A stretch of DNA of 64,000 bases from assembly GCA_965198225.1 (NCBI GenBank), contig CBDAOY010000004.1:64001-128000 (forward strand), read 5' to 3'. The notes under the pieces are model-generated. The model ran no database searches. It saw nothing but the letters and a program-made list of their open reading frames with translations, and had not been told where the DNA came from. Below are positions 1 through 11,589 of the stretch, piece after piece; within the stretch, counting starts at the first letter, position 1; each line of letters opens with the position of its first letter. The stretch comes from Terriglobia bacterium (GTDB lineage: Bacteria > Acidobacteriota > Terriglobia > 20CM-2-55-15). The position numbers and the translations under genes are program-made.

Positions 1-339
1 CACGATTCGATTACCGTCTGGAGAAATCGCCACGTCAGAGCGATTCGGTGTAGTTTCCAATGGAAACTCGGCAGGCGATGTGAAGCTGAACCGGACGACG
101 CTCCCAGGAATGGTCGGCTTGAGAATCCATGCAGCGCCCCCGGCGATAAACAGCCCCAGAACGAAGGTCGCTACCCAAGGCAGTCTGGTTTGCCTTGTGT
201 CCTGCACCACCTCGGCAACCTCATCAACGGGCTGTACAATCAAACCATCGGGTTCAGCCAATGCCTGTTCGATCTCGACACGAACGTCGCCGATATCTCT
301 GAATCGCCGCATCGGGTCTTTTTCAAGGCATCGCCGCAC
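1..339 (-). pseudogene. Fragment of a Ser/Thr kinase / beta-propeller protein (end of kinase domain onward, 5' part missing)
   Basis: The minus strand from ~338 reads VRRCLEKDPMRRFRDIGDVRVEIEQALAEP, the same motif as RRCLxKD..R..D.ADxR in the two kinases at 3.5-9.2 kb; it runs off the window edge. Confidence 0.75.
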
Positions 340-1013
340 TCCGGTTCTTCTACGTGAAGGTGCTTCGCCGTCCCTATCACCAGGTCGATCTGGTCTATCC
401 GAAACAGCCGTCCCGGTTGCCCACGATTCTGAGCGAAGAGGAAGTGGCGCAACTGCTGGCCTCCGCCAACAGTGCCTATCACTTCGTCATCCTGATGACC
501 TTGTATTCGACGGGACTGCGGCGGGCCGAGCTGTGTCGTCTGAAGGTCGAGGACGTCGATAGCGAACGCATGGTGATCCATGTGAGGCAGGGTAAAGGCA
601 ATCGCGACCGCGACGTGCCGCTGTCACCGAAACTGCTGGAAGTCCTGCGCGACTACTGGCGTTGGCGGAAACCCGGCGAGTACCTCTTCCCCAGTTTGCT
701 CCGGACCCGGCCCGGACAGCCCATCGATGTGAAGACGGTTTGGTACGCCGTCCAACAAGCCGCCCAACGTGCCGGCATCAAAAAGAAAGTATCCCCACAT
801 ACGCTGCGCCACAGCTGGGCCACCCACCTGCTGGAGAGGGGAACCGACCTGCGAACCATCCAGCTCCTGTTGGGTCATGTCGATCTGGAAGCGACGACCC
901 TCTATCTCCATTTGTCTCAGGCGCACATGCAGCGCGTGGTGAACCCGATCGATTCTCTTCCGGTTCCCGATCTGGGACCGTCTCCCCGTCTGAGAAAGAA
1001 GAAAGGCGAATGA
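331..1013 (+). CDS. Tyrosine recombinase (XerD/phage-integrase family) of an IS91-like element, N-terminally truncated
   Basis: Catalytic motifs TGLRRAEL, GKGNRDR, HTLRHSWATHLLE, LLGH and TTLY. The frame starts abruptly at ALRFFY (~334), so the SAM-like N-terminus is missing. Confidence 0.9.
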
Positions 1014-2207
1014 GCCGGCCCGCCGTCGAGGTGGCCGAGGCGAATGAGCCGGCCCGCCGTCGAGGTCATCGTCCGCGCCCGGGTTCGAGGTTTCCTCCAG
1101 CGTCACCGCCTCGGCATCCAGAAGCTCAAGGTCCTGCGCGCCATCCTGAACTGTCGTACTGCGGCTCTGGGTGGCCACATCGACCGGTGTGCCGATTGTG
1201 GCCGGGAGTCCGGAATCTCGTTCAACTCCTGCCGCAACCGCCACTGCCCGAAGTGTCAGACCCAGGCCCGACGACGGTGGCTCGAAGCACGAGAAGCCGA
1301 ACTGCTGCCCACCCCCTACTTCCACGTCGTGTTCACCGTCCCGCACCAGTTCCATCCGTTCTTCTTCCACAACCCTGCCCTACTCTACAGCCTGCTGTTT
1401 CGCAGCGTGGCCGACACGATGATCGAGGTGGCGGCCAATCCGAAACGACTCGGCGCCCGGATCGGCTTCTTCGGCATCCTGCATACCTGGAGTCAGAACC
1501 TGGAGTTCCATCCCCACATCCACTGCGTGGTACCGGCCGGCGGACTGGCTCCGGATCAGTCCCGTTGGATTCCGGGTTCTGGGCGCTTCTTCCTCCCCAA
1601 GCAGGTGCTCGCCCGAGTCTTCCGTGGCAAGTTCATCGACGGGCTCGGGCGAGCGATCGCCGACGGTTCGCTCGAACTGTCCGGCTCGATTCGACCCTTC
1701 GGCGAACCGCAACACTTTCGGCGGTTCCGCCGCCAGATCCATTCCCGCAACTGGGTCGTCTATATCAAACGACCCTTTGGTGGCCCCGAACAGGTGCTCC
1801 GCTACCTGGGCCGCTACACCCATCGGGTCGCCATCTCCAACCATCGATTGATCTCGTTTGACGGTAACCGGGTCCGGTTCCGTTGGCGGGATTACCGCAA
1901 TGGCAACAAGAGTCGCATCATGACACTCGCGGCCGACGAGTTCATCCGACGGTTCTTATTGCACGTTCTGCCGAAGGGCTTCGTCCGCATCCGACACTTC
2001 GGATTCATGGCCAACTACCGCCGGTCGGCCGCCTTCGCTCTCTGTCGCCAACTCCTCGATGCCATGCCGAGGGTCGAATCTGACGAAACCACCACCTCGA
2101 ACTCTTCCTGGTCGTGTCCGCACTGTCAGGGACCGATGACTCTCATCCAACGCTTCACCGCTCTGCAACTCGTAGCGAGGCTCGCCTTCCAATGCGATAC
2201 GTCCTAA
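1010..2207 (+). CDS. IS91-family (Y2/HUH) transposase with Zn-binding N-terminus
   Basis: Motifs CRT.ALGGH..C..C, SCRNRHCPKCQ, HTW..L..HPHIH, YLGRYTHR and RIRHFG. The native ATG at 1010 overlaps the recombinase stop (ATGA); a 28-nt insertion leaves an in-frame ATG at 1044. Confidence 0.92.
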
Positions 2208-2655
2208 TCCTCCTTCACAAACCGACGACCGACGTGCGGTTCAGCCACGTCCTCGCCGGAGTGTGCCTCCGCTGCAAAATCCCCTCAGATCCCGTCCTTT
2301 CAACCCACCGATTCCCCGACCCAACTGCTTTCCGATTCACACCATCGACGCGGTCATCGACCGCCGGTCCCCCTCCTCGCCCCAACGCCACTCCAGATCC
2401 GGCCCGCTTCCGGCTACTTTCTCCATAGCCCACCGCGTCCGCCGCATTCGGCCAGCGCCCTCCTTCAAGTCTTGTTATCGAAACTGCCGCGGTGGGAACT
2501 TCTCGCTCATCCTGTGGCCGCGCTCGCCGCGGCACTTCCGATGAACGCTAACGACTATACGTCCGAGTGGATTTGAAACAAGGCGGCGAATCGGAGAGTC
2601 CGAGTGAAGGTACCGGGCAACTCTACTCGGCCATAAGCGCCTATGATTGTGAGTC

Positions 2656-3231
2656 ATGCTAAGTCTTAGATCAATTTCGCCGGCTCGCTGGCTCGAGCAA
2701 GTTCAAACACATTTCGATGAAGTGCTGATCGATCACGCTCACTGCGAGAAGAAAGCCGCAGGCAATGCGATGAAGCTGATCTTTGCCTACGTCGACAATG
2801 AAGAACTGTGTCGCGAGATGACGGTAATCGTTGCCGAAGAGCTCGAGCATTTTCACATGGTGCTGGAGCATCTCAAGCAACGAGGAATCCCTTTTTGTCG
2901 CAACAAGCCGACTCAGTACGGGCGGAAGCTGCACGATCTTGTTCGCAAGTCTGAACCCGACCGCGCAATCGATCGGTTGCTCGTCGCAGCCCTAATCGAA
3001 GCACGATCGTGTGAACGCTTCGGCCTGTTGCGTGAGAACCTCAAGGATAAAGGGCTGGCCGATTTCTACGACAGCCTCTTTGAATCCGAAGCCCGCCACC
3101 ACACCACTTTTTTGCGGCTCGCCAGGATGTACGGTAGCGAAGACACGGTTCTACAACGACTTGATGTTCTAGCCATTGAAGAGGCTAAGATCATCGAAGC
3201 CGGCGACGATTTGCCTCGGATGCACAGCTAG
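2656..3231 (+). CDS. miaE: tRNA-(ms2io6A37) hydroxylase, ferritin-like di-iron enzyme
   Basis: Motifs LIDHAHCEKKAA, EELEHF, IEARSCERF and SEARH. Confidence 0.92.
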   Translation: MLSLRSISPARWLEQVQTHFDEVLIDHAHCEKKAAGNAMKLIFAYVDNEELCREMTVIVAEELEHFHMVLEHLKQRGIPFCRNKPTQYGRKLHDLVRKSEPDRAIDRLLVAALIEARSCERFGLLRENLKDKGLADFYDSLFESEARHHTTFLRLARMYGSEDTVLQRLDVLAIEEAKIIEAGDDLPRMHS

Positions 3232-3568
3232 CGAATTCAATCCAGGCTGCAGGGCAAGAGACACCGGATGGTGGGGTTCGGTGACGTCGAATCCGTGAGA
3301 GCAGGAGTTCCGTTGACGACCCGCTCGGTTGTTGCGGAGGGTGCGATGCAAATCTTAGCCGGAGTCCCCATTTCCGTGTCGTCGGCCGTACCTGCATATG
3401 GTTTCACCCAATCAGGAAGCCACTTGGTTGTATTACCGCATACACGGAAACCTGGGACCCGCCTGAAACGGGGCTTTCCCGACGAGATCCACGTTTCCGT
3501 GTAGGCGACTTTTCGGGATATGATCCATCGCTTCCAGCAGCCTCCCTACGATAGAATGCGACCGAGCG

Positions 3569-6248
3569 TCAGGGTTCAACGACGGTCTCTCGGAGAGGCT
3601 GCGACCAGTTGGTGACGACACGCAGTCTCGATCGGATTTCCGGTTCAGCACGCTTCACCACGTAGAGTTCCTGTCCGTCTGCAGAAACGGCGTATGAGAC
3701 GCCTGGAGTATCTATGAAATCCGTTTCGAAAACGGGAACCGGTGGCCGAAAGGTGAACTCTGGGTCGGTTGTGATCGCGCTCGCAAACCATCGGTTTCCA
3801 TCCCGATAGAACAATTCGCCGCATGCGCACCAGCGAGTCTCGATGCCGCGGTCTGAGATCAGCCACTTGTCTAACCCGTTGGGGTACGAGGCAACCCAGA
3901 TCTCCTCACTCGGCGAGGTATAAGCGAACCAACCTCCGTCGGGCGAAAAGCCGAAGGGAAAGCCCTCGATGTTAGTCAGGACGGGATCCTCACCCGCGGA
4001 CGCGAAGGCGATGAGATTCGGAGAAGTTGCTCGCTCAACGGCAATCACCTCGCCGTTCGGATGCCAGGAACCGTACAACCAGCCTTCACCGAGGAATTCG
4101 TCGAACCGATCATCCTGACCCGCGTTACCAACGAGCATCCGACTGGGCGCCAGCACGGAAACCAACATCCGCAGACCATCTGGGTGCCAGATGGGATAAC
4201 CTTGGCTCTCGTCTGCAGAAAGCCGACGTCCGTTGCCCTCCTCGATGTCATGAATCAAGACATAGTCCGTGATATCTCCGACGTGAACTGCCAACCGGTT
4301 CCCGTCTGGAGACAGGTCCAGCACGCCGTAGGTTCGGGGAGTGGCTCCTTCCAGAAACTCTTCGACGCCGGTTTCACGATCCACTTTGGCTAGCCGGCCG
4401 ATCGTGCGGTCGCCACCAACGGCATGAACCAGCACACCGTTCCCGGATGCAGCCGCATGGACCTGGCCAAACAGCGATTCCATACTCACACCTGACGCCA
4501 CGCGAACTTGATCTCCAAGGACTTCGACGCGATTCGCATCGAAAGGAACGGCCATGAGACTACCGCCACGCGCGAAGAGCAAGGTGTCCGGGTGCGATGT
4601 AGCGCGCACCGTAGGCATTGGGGATCAGAGGTTCCCAGGCCATAGTGTCCGGATCGATGATAACGACTTCGGCGTAGTCGCCACTGACGCTTCGCGTCCA
4701 TCTGGTCGCCAGCACAGCTCGGCCCCCGGGAAGAACCTCGCTGTATCTCGCCATCGCCTGTGTGTCCAATAGCTCGGTTACCCTTTGTCCGATAACGGGG
4801 CTTTGCCGCCCGACACTTTCTGCCGGGACACGTGACAGCAATAAACCCTGGTTGTGCGAGAAGTAGATGATGTCACTTTGGTCCCACCACGCCTGGACCA
4901 ACCCACCGGCGTCCGCCAAAACCTCAACATCGCGGACATCGATGGAGGCCTTCTTGACCTGACGATCGGTCAGGAATCCAACCCACCGGCTGTCGGGAGA
5001 AAAGAACGCGTGGATCGCGTCCTCGCTTCCCTCCACCGGCGCGATATCACCCGTTGCCATCTCGCGAAGATAGACCATCGTGCCCGACGGAAATTGACCA
5101 ACGTAGGCCAGCCAGGCTCCATCGGGAGATACTGCGACCGCGGGGCTATCAAAACCGTGGAGGGGTACAGTCGTTCCGAGCGCAAGAGGAGCTTCGTCTG
5201 GAAGATCGACCACTGTGACCGTTTTGGGCGCGACCGTCATGTTCTCGATCACGGACAGGGAGCTTCGCCCGGCAAGCCAGCCGAAGGAAGCGCCCATACC
5301 GAGCAGAAAGGCAACGATCAGACCAGCGACGGTTCGCGATGGAGCCCATGCAACACGCTCGGCCCCTCTCCCCCCGGATTCATCCAATGCCGGCTCATCG
5401 AGCGCAGCTTCGATCTCCAGTCGCACATCGGCCACATCGTGCAGACGATGACGCCGATCTTTCCTCAGGCAACGGCGAAGGACGCGCCCGAGAGCGCCCG
5501 GAGTTTCGAGCGGCAGTTCGTTGAACTCGGGCTCCTGCGTCAAGATGTAAGCCAGAACGTCGGAAACTTCCGCTCCGTCGAAGGCCTTCCGCCCAGTCAG
5601 CATTTCGAAGAGGACGCATCCAAAGGCCCATACATCGGTCCGTCTATCGACTTCATGCCCACGGGCCTGTTCTGGGGACATGTACGCGGCAGTTCCCAAG
5701 ATGATTCCTGCCCGGGTCGCCTCCATACTCAGAGTAGGCGAACTCGACACGTTCACGTCTGGTTGATCGCCAGCTAAGACCTTCGCCAGCCCGAAATCCA
5801 GGACCTTGACTCGACCTTCAGGTGTGACTTTGATGTTCGCGGGCTTCAGATCCCGGTGAATCACGCCCTTTTCGTGGGCAGCTTCGAGGGCTTCAGCGAT
5901 CTGGAGAGCCATCTCCAGGGATTCGTCCACCTGTATCACGCCCTGCGCGATACGATCGGCGAGCGTATAGCCCTCGACTAGTTCTAGTACGAGGAAACGT
6001 GATCCTTCGTGTTCTTCCAGGCCGTAGATCGCGGCGATGTTGGGATGGTTCAGCGATGCCAGGAGTTTCGCTTCGCGCTCGAACCGGGCCACGCGGTCCG
6101 TGTCTTCGGCGAATGCGCCCGGCAACGTTTTGATGGCTACCTCGCGCCCCAGCGTGGTGTCGCGGGCACGCCAGACCTCGCCCATGCCGCCCTTTCCCAA
6201 GGCGGAAACGATTTCGTAGTGAGCGACCTTTGTGCCGGGCTGAATCAC
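3569..6248 (-). pseudogene. Ser/Thr protein kinase + TM + TolB/PD40 beta-propeller, split by a +1 frameshift near 4581-4584
   Basis: GKGGMGEV, VAIK, HRDLKPAN, DFG and GTAAYMSPEQ in ORF 4560..6248. The propeller continues in ORF 3569..4618; removing one base restores GHLLFARGG. May be a sequencing indel. Confidence 0.88.
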
Positions 6249-6284
6249 CGCTACATAAGACTACAGGAAGGAGTTGTGGTCAAT
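6249..6284 (-). promoter_or_regulatory. Conserved upstream motif of kinase gene (TTGACC-N14-TAGTCT, 9 nt before GTG)
   Basis: Near-identical to 9188-9223; no Shine-Dalgarno sequence between the motif and the start codon. Confidence 0.5.
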
Positions 6285-6568
6285 TATAAGGTCACATGCT
6301 TGGATAACCGCATATCCGGTAACTGGAGAGGCCCGTGTTCAGGGGATCGCCGCGAAAAATCCACCTTACCGGCACGCGTAGCCTCCAAAGTGTAGAAGGC
6401 CCGTAGAACGACTCTCTTCGACAGAATCCACTTTTGGGGTAATGGCAACTGCTGGCAGCCACCCAACACATGATCCACTTTCACCAACTGATTGAAGTGA
6501 TCGCGATGATGAATCGCTTCCTTGATCAACAGATCGGGCTCAGAGAGGCGGACCTGCCTGTTGTCCGA

Positions 6569-9187
6569 TCAGTCTTGATCCTGAAATTCTGCAGACCAGT
6601 TCTGCACGACAACGATGTTGGATTCCCCCTCTCCGGCTTGTGGGACTTTCTGCACGAAGACGGAGCGCTGGCCGTCGAGATCAACGTCATAGGTCGGGAA
6701 CTTCAGACTCCAGTTGAGTTTCGGTGTCACGCTGGCCGCCTCGGTCGAAAACAATGGCATCGGATCAGCGAAATCCAGGACGGGCTCCGTCTGGATAGGG
6801 ACCGACATCAGAGTGTTGCCTTCGAGGTAAAAGAGTTCATCACCTCTCCAGACCGGGTGGACACCGGCGTTCGGTGACACGATCCGACGATTAGCACCTG
6901 AAGGAAACTCCGCGATATACACTGCCGTGGTGCCCGGTTCGTTTGATTGGTAGGCGAGGTACCGCCCGTCCGGCGAAAAGGTTGGCAGCATCTCGTCGAA
7001 AGGGGAATTCAGAAACCGTACGGGCTCACTGTCGCCAGAGACATCCGTGTACCAGACGTCATGGTTACCGACGTCAGGGTCCAGCGCGTGGTACGCGATC
7101 AGGCTTCCGTCGCTCGACCAGTCGGGTGCTCTAAAATCGGCGGGACCTACAACCAGTGCCCGGGCCGACGTCAGGCCGCTCAAGCTCCGAATGAAAATGT
7201 CCGATGTTCCATTCCGGTTCGATGCGAACGCGAGCTCGTCTCCGGAAGGGGACCATTCCGGTTCGTATTCCGCCGAGGGCGTGGTTGTGAATCGTTCATT
7301 TCCCGATCGGATCGTCGAATGGACGTAGATATCGTTGATTCTTGAGTTTTGACCCTGCAGAGCGATACGCCCCCCGTCGGGCGATACGGCAGGTTGCCAC
7401 ATGGCTCGATGAGGTTGCCCGATCGCGTCCAGGACATCCCCGCTGCGATCGAGCCAGACTAACTGTTCGCTCGGGGCATATGTGCGGTAGACCAGCGTTC
7501 CGTTTGAAGACACGCTGGGCATATACCCACTCTCAGCCACCAGAAACCGCTCACCCGTAATCTCAAAAGTCGCGGCATCAAACGGTACCGCCCAGATGTT
7601 CCCCTCCCACCAGTCGTTCTGGTAGAGGATATGACCTGATGGCGAATATCGTGCGACAGCAATATCCGTCGTCTCGAATAGCTCAATTCGACCTTTTGTC
7701 GTCTGCACAACCACCTGAGCGGTGCCATCAGCCCGACGCACCGAATGCAAGAGGGAATTCCCATCCGGCAGGAATTGGGGATTGCCGACGAAGAGTTCTT
7801 CGGGCTCCTTGCCGATGAGTAAGGTCGCATCTCCACCTGGAAAAGACACCATACTCAATCCGTTCTTCTCTTCTCCGAACACGATCCTTCCGTCAGGGGC
7901 CCACGTGGCCCCAGCGATGCTCCCCCGGGCATCGACGAGTTCACTAGCCGGTCCTCCATCAGCCGATACATACATCAGCTTTTCGGCTTCAAAGTATCCG
8001 ACGTATTCACTATCCGGTGACCAGAACGGAAACGATGCCACGCGGGTTGCCGTGATTTCGACGGGGTCGAGCGAATCCAGACTCTGGATGAACAGACGCC
8101 CGTTTCGGACATAGGCCACTTTTCGGCCGTCAGGGGAAATGGGCGGGGATTGCCAGTGCCCGATCGGGGCAGATAAAGGAAGCATGGACTTGATCACCGT
8201 GTCAGTCGTCGGACTCGAATCGCGCGAAGCAACGACCGCGAAACCAGACACGACCGCCAGACTCACCGCGAGCGTGATCGCCGCTGGCCTCCAGAAGCCT
8301 ACCGTCGTCGAGACCGGTTCAGGACTACCCCGGCCCGACTGAATCTGCTCGAGGTCGAAACGCGCGTCGGCGATATCCCGAAGCCGCTCGGCCTTATCCT
8401 TCGCCAGGCACCTGCGCAGCAGATGTTTCAGAAGGAACGGTGTAGCTGGCCCCAGTCGATCCCAATCCGGTTCGGTTTGGATGACCGCAGCCAGGACATG
8501 GGTCGCTGTCCGTCCATCGAACAGGGGCTGCCCGGTCAGCATTTCATAGAGACAGCAACCAAACGCCCAAATGTCGGTCCTCTTGTCGACCTCTTCGCCT
8601 GAGGCCTGTTCGGGTGACATGTAGGCCGCTGTTCCCAGAATCACTCCCTGTTGCGTCGCGGCCATGCTCAGCGTTGGGGACTGCGACAAGTTTACATTTG
8701 TCCCATCCCCGCCAAACGCCTTCGCCAGCCCGAAGTCCAGTACCTTCACCTTGCCGTCGGGCGTGACCTTGATATTCAAGGGCTTGAGATCCCGGTGAAT
8801 GACGCCCTTCTCATGTGCGGCTTCGAGAGCCTCGGCTATTTGCAGGGCCAGTCTGAGGGATTCCCCGACCGGCATGGCACCTTTCCTAAGCCGATCCGCC
8901 AGTGTGTCGCCTTCGACGAGTTCAAGTACGAGAAAACGTGTCCCGTTGTCCTCCTCCAGGCCGTGGATCGTAGCGATGTTCGGGTGGTTCAACGAGGCGA
9001 GAAGTTTGGCTTCACGTTCGAACCGGGCGAGACGCTCTTCGTCCTTGGCGAACTCTTCGGGAAGTGTCTTGATGGCGACTTCACGACCCAACTTCGAGTC
9101 ACGCGCCCGCCACACTTCCCCCATGCCACCTTTCCCGAGGGCAGAAACGACTTCGTAGTGTGCAAGTGTTGAACCGGGTTCGATCAC
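6569..9187 (-). CDS. Ser/Thr protein kinase + TM + TolB/PD40 beta-propeller
   Basis: Complete Hanks kinase motifs, a hydrophobic segment and repeated P.(W/F)SPDG motifs. Confidence 0.93.
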   Translation of the reverse strand: MIEPGSTLAHYEVVSALGKGGMGEVWRARDSKLGREVAIKTLPEEFAKDEERLARFEREAKLLASLNHPNIATIHGLEEDNGTRFLVLELVEGDTLADRLRKGAMPVGESLRLALQIAEALEAAHEKGVIHRDLKPLNIKVTPDGKVKVLDFGLAKAFGGDGTNVNLSQSPTLSMAATQQGVILGTAAYMSPEQASGEEVDKRTDIWAFGCCLYEMLTGQPLFDGRTATHVLAAVIQTEPDWDRLGPATPFLLKHLLRRCLAKDKAERLRDIADARFDLEQIQSGRGSPEPVSTTVGFWRPAAITLAVSLAVVSGFAVVASRDSSPTTDTVIKSMLPLSAPIGHWQSPPISPDGRKVAYVRNGRLFIQSLDSLDPVEITATRVASFPFWSPDSEYVGYFEAEKLMYVSADGGPASELVDARGSIAGATWAPDGRIVFGEEKNGLSMVSFPGGDATLLIGKEPEELFVGNPQFLPDGNSLLHSVRRADGTAQVVVQTTKGRIELFETTDIAVARYSPSGHILYQNDWWEGNIWAVPFDAATFEITGERFLVAESGYMPSVSSNGTLVYRTYAPSEQLVWLDRSGDVLDAIGQPHRAMWQPAVSPDGGRIALQGQNSRINDIYVHSTIRSGNERFTTTPSAEYEPEWSPSGDELAFASNRNGTSDIFIRSLSGLTSARALVVGPADFRAPDWSSDGSLIAYHALDPDVGNHDVWYTDVSGDSEPVRFLNSPFDEMLPTFSPDGRYLAYQSNEPGTTAVYIAEFPSGANRRIVSPNAGVHPVWRGDELFYLEGNTLMSVPIQTEPVLDFADPMPLFSTEAASVTPKLNWSLKFPTYDVDLDGQRSVFVQKVPQAGEGESNIVVVQNWSAEFQDQD

Positions 9188-9223
9188 CGGTAAATAAGAC
9201 TACAGGAAGGAGTTGGGGTCAAT
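9188..9223 (-). promoter_or_regulatory. Conserved upstream motif of kinase gene
   Basis: ATAAGACTACAGGAAGGAGTTG(T/G)GGTCAAT on the plus strand, shared with 6255-6284. Confidence 0.5.
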
Positions 9224-9379
9224 CAGAAGATCAGGTCCTGGTAAACCGCCTACTCGGAAACTGGACCCCCCCCTGAAACGGGGCTCTCTGAAAGCAATTC
9301 ACATCTCCGAATAGGCGTGCCAGCTCAACCGGTCGATGCAACACAAGCGTTAAATCGTTCTGCTGGAGTTTCAAACTCC

Positions 9380-9614
9380 AGGGTCTGGAGCGGACACCGC
9401 GAGCGCGGAGCGGGCGACGGAGCGAATCCTCCCGGTCGGTGGGTATCGCGACGGCGTGCGGGTCGACCTCGTCGAAGGGCTGAGCGACGACGTGTCGTTT
9501 CGTTTCTTCGACCGTAATGAAGCCGCCAACTGGTACTATTTGCGGGTGGAGCAGATCGACGGGCATCTGGCGTGGTCGAGCCCCTGGTGGGTCGGCGGCG
9601 AGCGCCCGCGCTGA
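9380..9614 (+). pseudogene. 3' remnant of a hypothetical protein ending in YYLRVEQIDGHLAWSSPWW
   Basis: Translated by hand. The C-terminal YY.RV.Q.DG..AWSSP motif resembles DUF3604-like proteins; the 5' boundary is uncertain. Confidence 0.5.
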
Positions 9615-9680
9615 GTCTGTAGGTTCTTGACCGATGTTGTGTACGATACCGATCGGTCTACTTTTCGGAGGTTCCTGCTT

Positions 9681-11352
9681 ATGAAGGCTGTCTTTGGGCT
9701 GGCGCTGGCGGTCGTCGCGATGACGACGTCACCCGGGGCGTCTCAGGAGCCGAGCGCGGACGCCCTCTTTCCCTTCGAGCTCCAGCAAGTCTCGATTCCA
9801 ATGGCCGACGGTGCTCGGCTGTCCGGCGTTCTGTATGTTCCTGGACCGGGGCGGTTTCCGGTCATCGTCACGATCACCCAGGCCTCGTTCGAAAAATGGC
9901 GCCAGTCTCACTTCCCCCGTAGCTCGTTCTCCCGCTCGGGCGACTATGCGGTGGTCGTCGTCAACACTCGCGGCAGAAGGGCCTCACGAGACAACCCTCC
10001 GAGAGGGGGCGTCAACCCGTTCGGCCAAGACGGGTACGACGTCGTGGAGTGGGTGGCCCGCCAGGATTGGAGCAATGGCAGGGTCGGAATGTGGGGAGGA
10101 TCGAACGAAGGCAAGAACCAGTACGCGACGGCACAGGCCGCTCCCCCCCATCTCGTCTGCATCATGCCGGCGCTGACGACGCCCGACACCAAGGAGGACG
10201 AGCGTCTCCCCCGCAGCTACGAGCAGCTCTATATGGGCGGAGTGTTGCGGCGCGAGCTCATCGATCGCCTGCCCACCTCCAGCCCGGCGGTCAGGCAGGT
10301 CCTGAGCCATCCCCTCTACGACCCATCGTTCTGGGGGCGGGAGGATCCCAACGCCCCGACCGTCGCTGACATCGAGGTCCCGGTCATGGCTGTCGGCGCC
10401 TGGTTCGACAACGACGTCAACCGGGCCGGTATACGAAACTTTCGAGGCACTGCGGAGCGCGGCGAGCGACGAGCTGCGCGAGCACCACAGGCTGCTCATA
10501 GCGCCGTGGATCCACAATTCGATGTACAGCGATGGGCTCCACGGTGAGCTGCTGTTCGAGAACACCGCCGAGCACTATCGGAAGTTGGAGAAGCGGTTCT
10601 TCGATCACTGGCTGCGGCGGATCGACAACGGGGAGTTCGGGGCCCCGGCGATCTCCTACTACCAGATGGGCTCGAACGAGTGGCGCACGACCTCGACCTG
10701 GCCCCCCTCCGGCTCGAGTGAGGTCTCGTTTTACCTCGAGTCCGACAGCTCGCTGTCGGTCGAGCTACCGGCTGCCGGCGCCGACCCGGTCTTCTTCAAG
10801 AGCGATCCCGACAACCCGGTCCCTACGGTGGGTGGGCAGAACAAGACCAACGTCGCCGGCAAGGGACCCCACGACCAGCGCCACAAGGTAGAGAGCCACC
10901 CCGACGTCGTCGTCTTCTCCTCCGCTCCGCTCGAAGAGAACCTCGATATCGCCGGCGATCTCGAGCTGCGCTTTCACCTGTCCTCCGACGCCGAGGACAC
11001 CGACCTCGCCTTCCGCCTGACCGACGTGTATCCCGACGGGCGCTCCATGCTCCTTCGCGACGGCATCCTCCGAGTCAGTTTGCGCAACTCGTTTGGGCGC
11101 TACGAGTTCCTGACCCCCGGCGAGATCTACGCGGGGGTCGTAGACACGATCCCCGTAGCCCACACCTTCCTGCGCGGACACAAAGTGCGACTGATCCTCT
11201 CCGGTAGCAACAACCCTCGATGGGATGTGGGCGGCAACACACGCGACAAGGACGCTCCTCCCAGAGTCGCGCGAAACGCCCTGCACCTCGACCTCGAGCA
11301 CCCCACTGCCCTGGTTCTGCCGGTGCGGACGGTCTCGAGGCTTCCTAGATGA
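9681..11352 (+). pseudogene. CocE/NonD-family hydrolase (peptidase S15 + PepX_C), frameshift at ~10436-10443
   Basis: Signal peptide, DGARL, DGYDVVEWVARQDWSNGRVGMWGGS, and C-terminal DTDLAFRLTDVYPDG. Two overlapping ORFs join if one base is removed. Confidence 0.88.
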
Positions 11353-11532
11353 AGAACTCCACGGCCCCGGGAGTGCCAACCGATTCACTCAAGAGAAGCT
11401 GGCGGGGCTTCATCGCGTTAACGGACTGGAGACTTCCTTCGAAAAAATGGACACCCAGAAGTTAGCTGAATGCGCACTCGAACTCCACTGGTGTCTTGTA
11501 ATCCAATGAGGAAGTGAAGGCGCTGTCGATTG

Positions 11533-11568
11533 AAAACAAAACAGGAGCCGCGTCGGGCTCCTGTTTTT
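11533..11568. terminator. Intrinsic terminator, possibly bidirectional
   Basis: AAAACAGGAGCC-N-GGCTCCTGTTTT hairpin downstream of the ankyrin gene. Confidence 0.8.
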
Positions 11569-11589
11569 ACTGTGATGGGGGAAGAACGA

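Larger units (their letters stand above)
331..2552 (+). mobile_element. IS91-like element carrying a tyrosine recombinase plus transposase, with a 3' hairpin end
   Basis: Coupled int-tnp pair followed by an imperfect inverted repeat, 2474-2492 / 2527-2546. The right boundary is approximate. Confidence 0.7.

Noticed and set aside
354-2552. Integron integrase with attC cassettes
   Set aside because: The recombinase lacks the IntI-specific insertion, the hairpin is not in RYYYAAC...GTTRRRY order, and no cassette array was seen.
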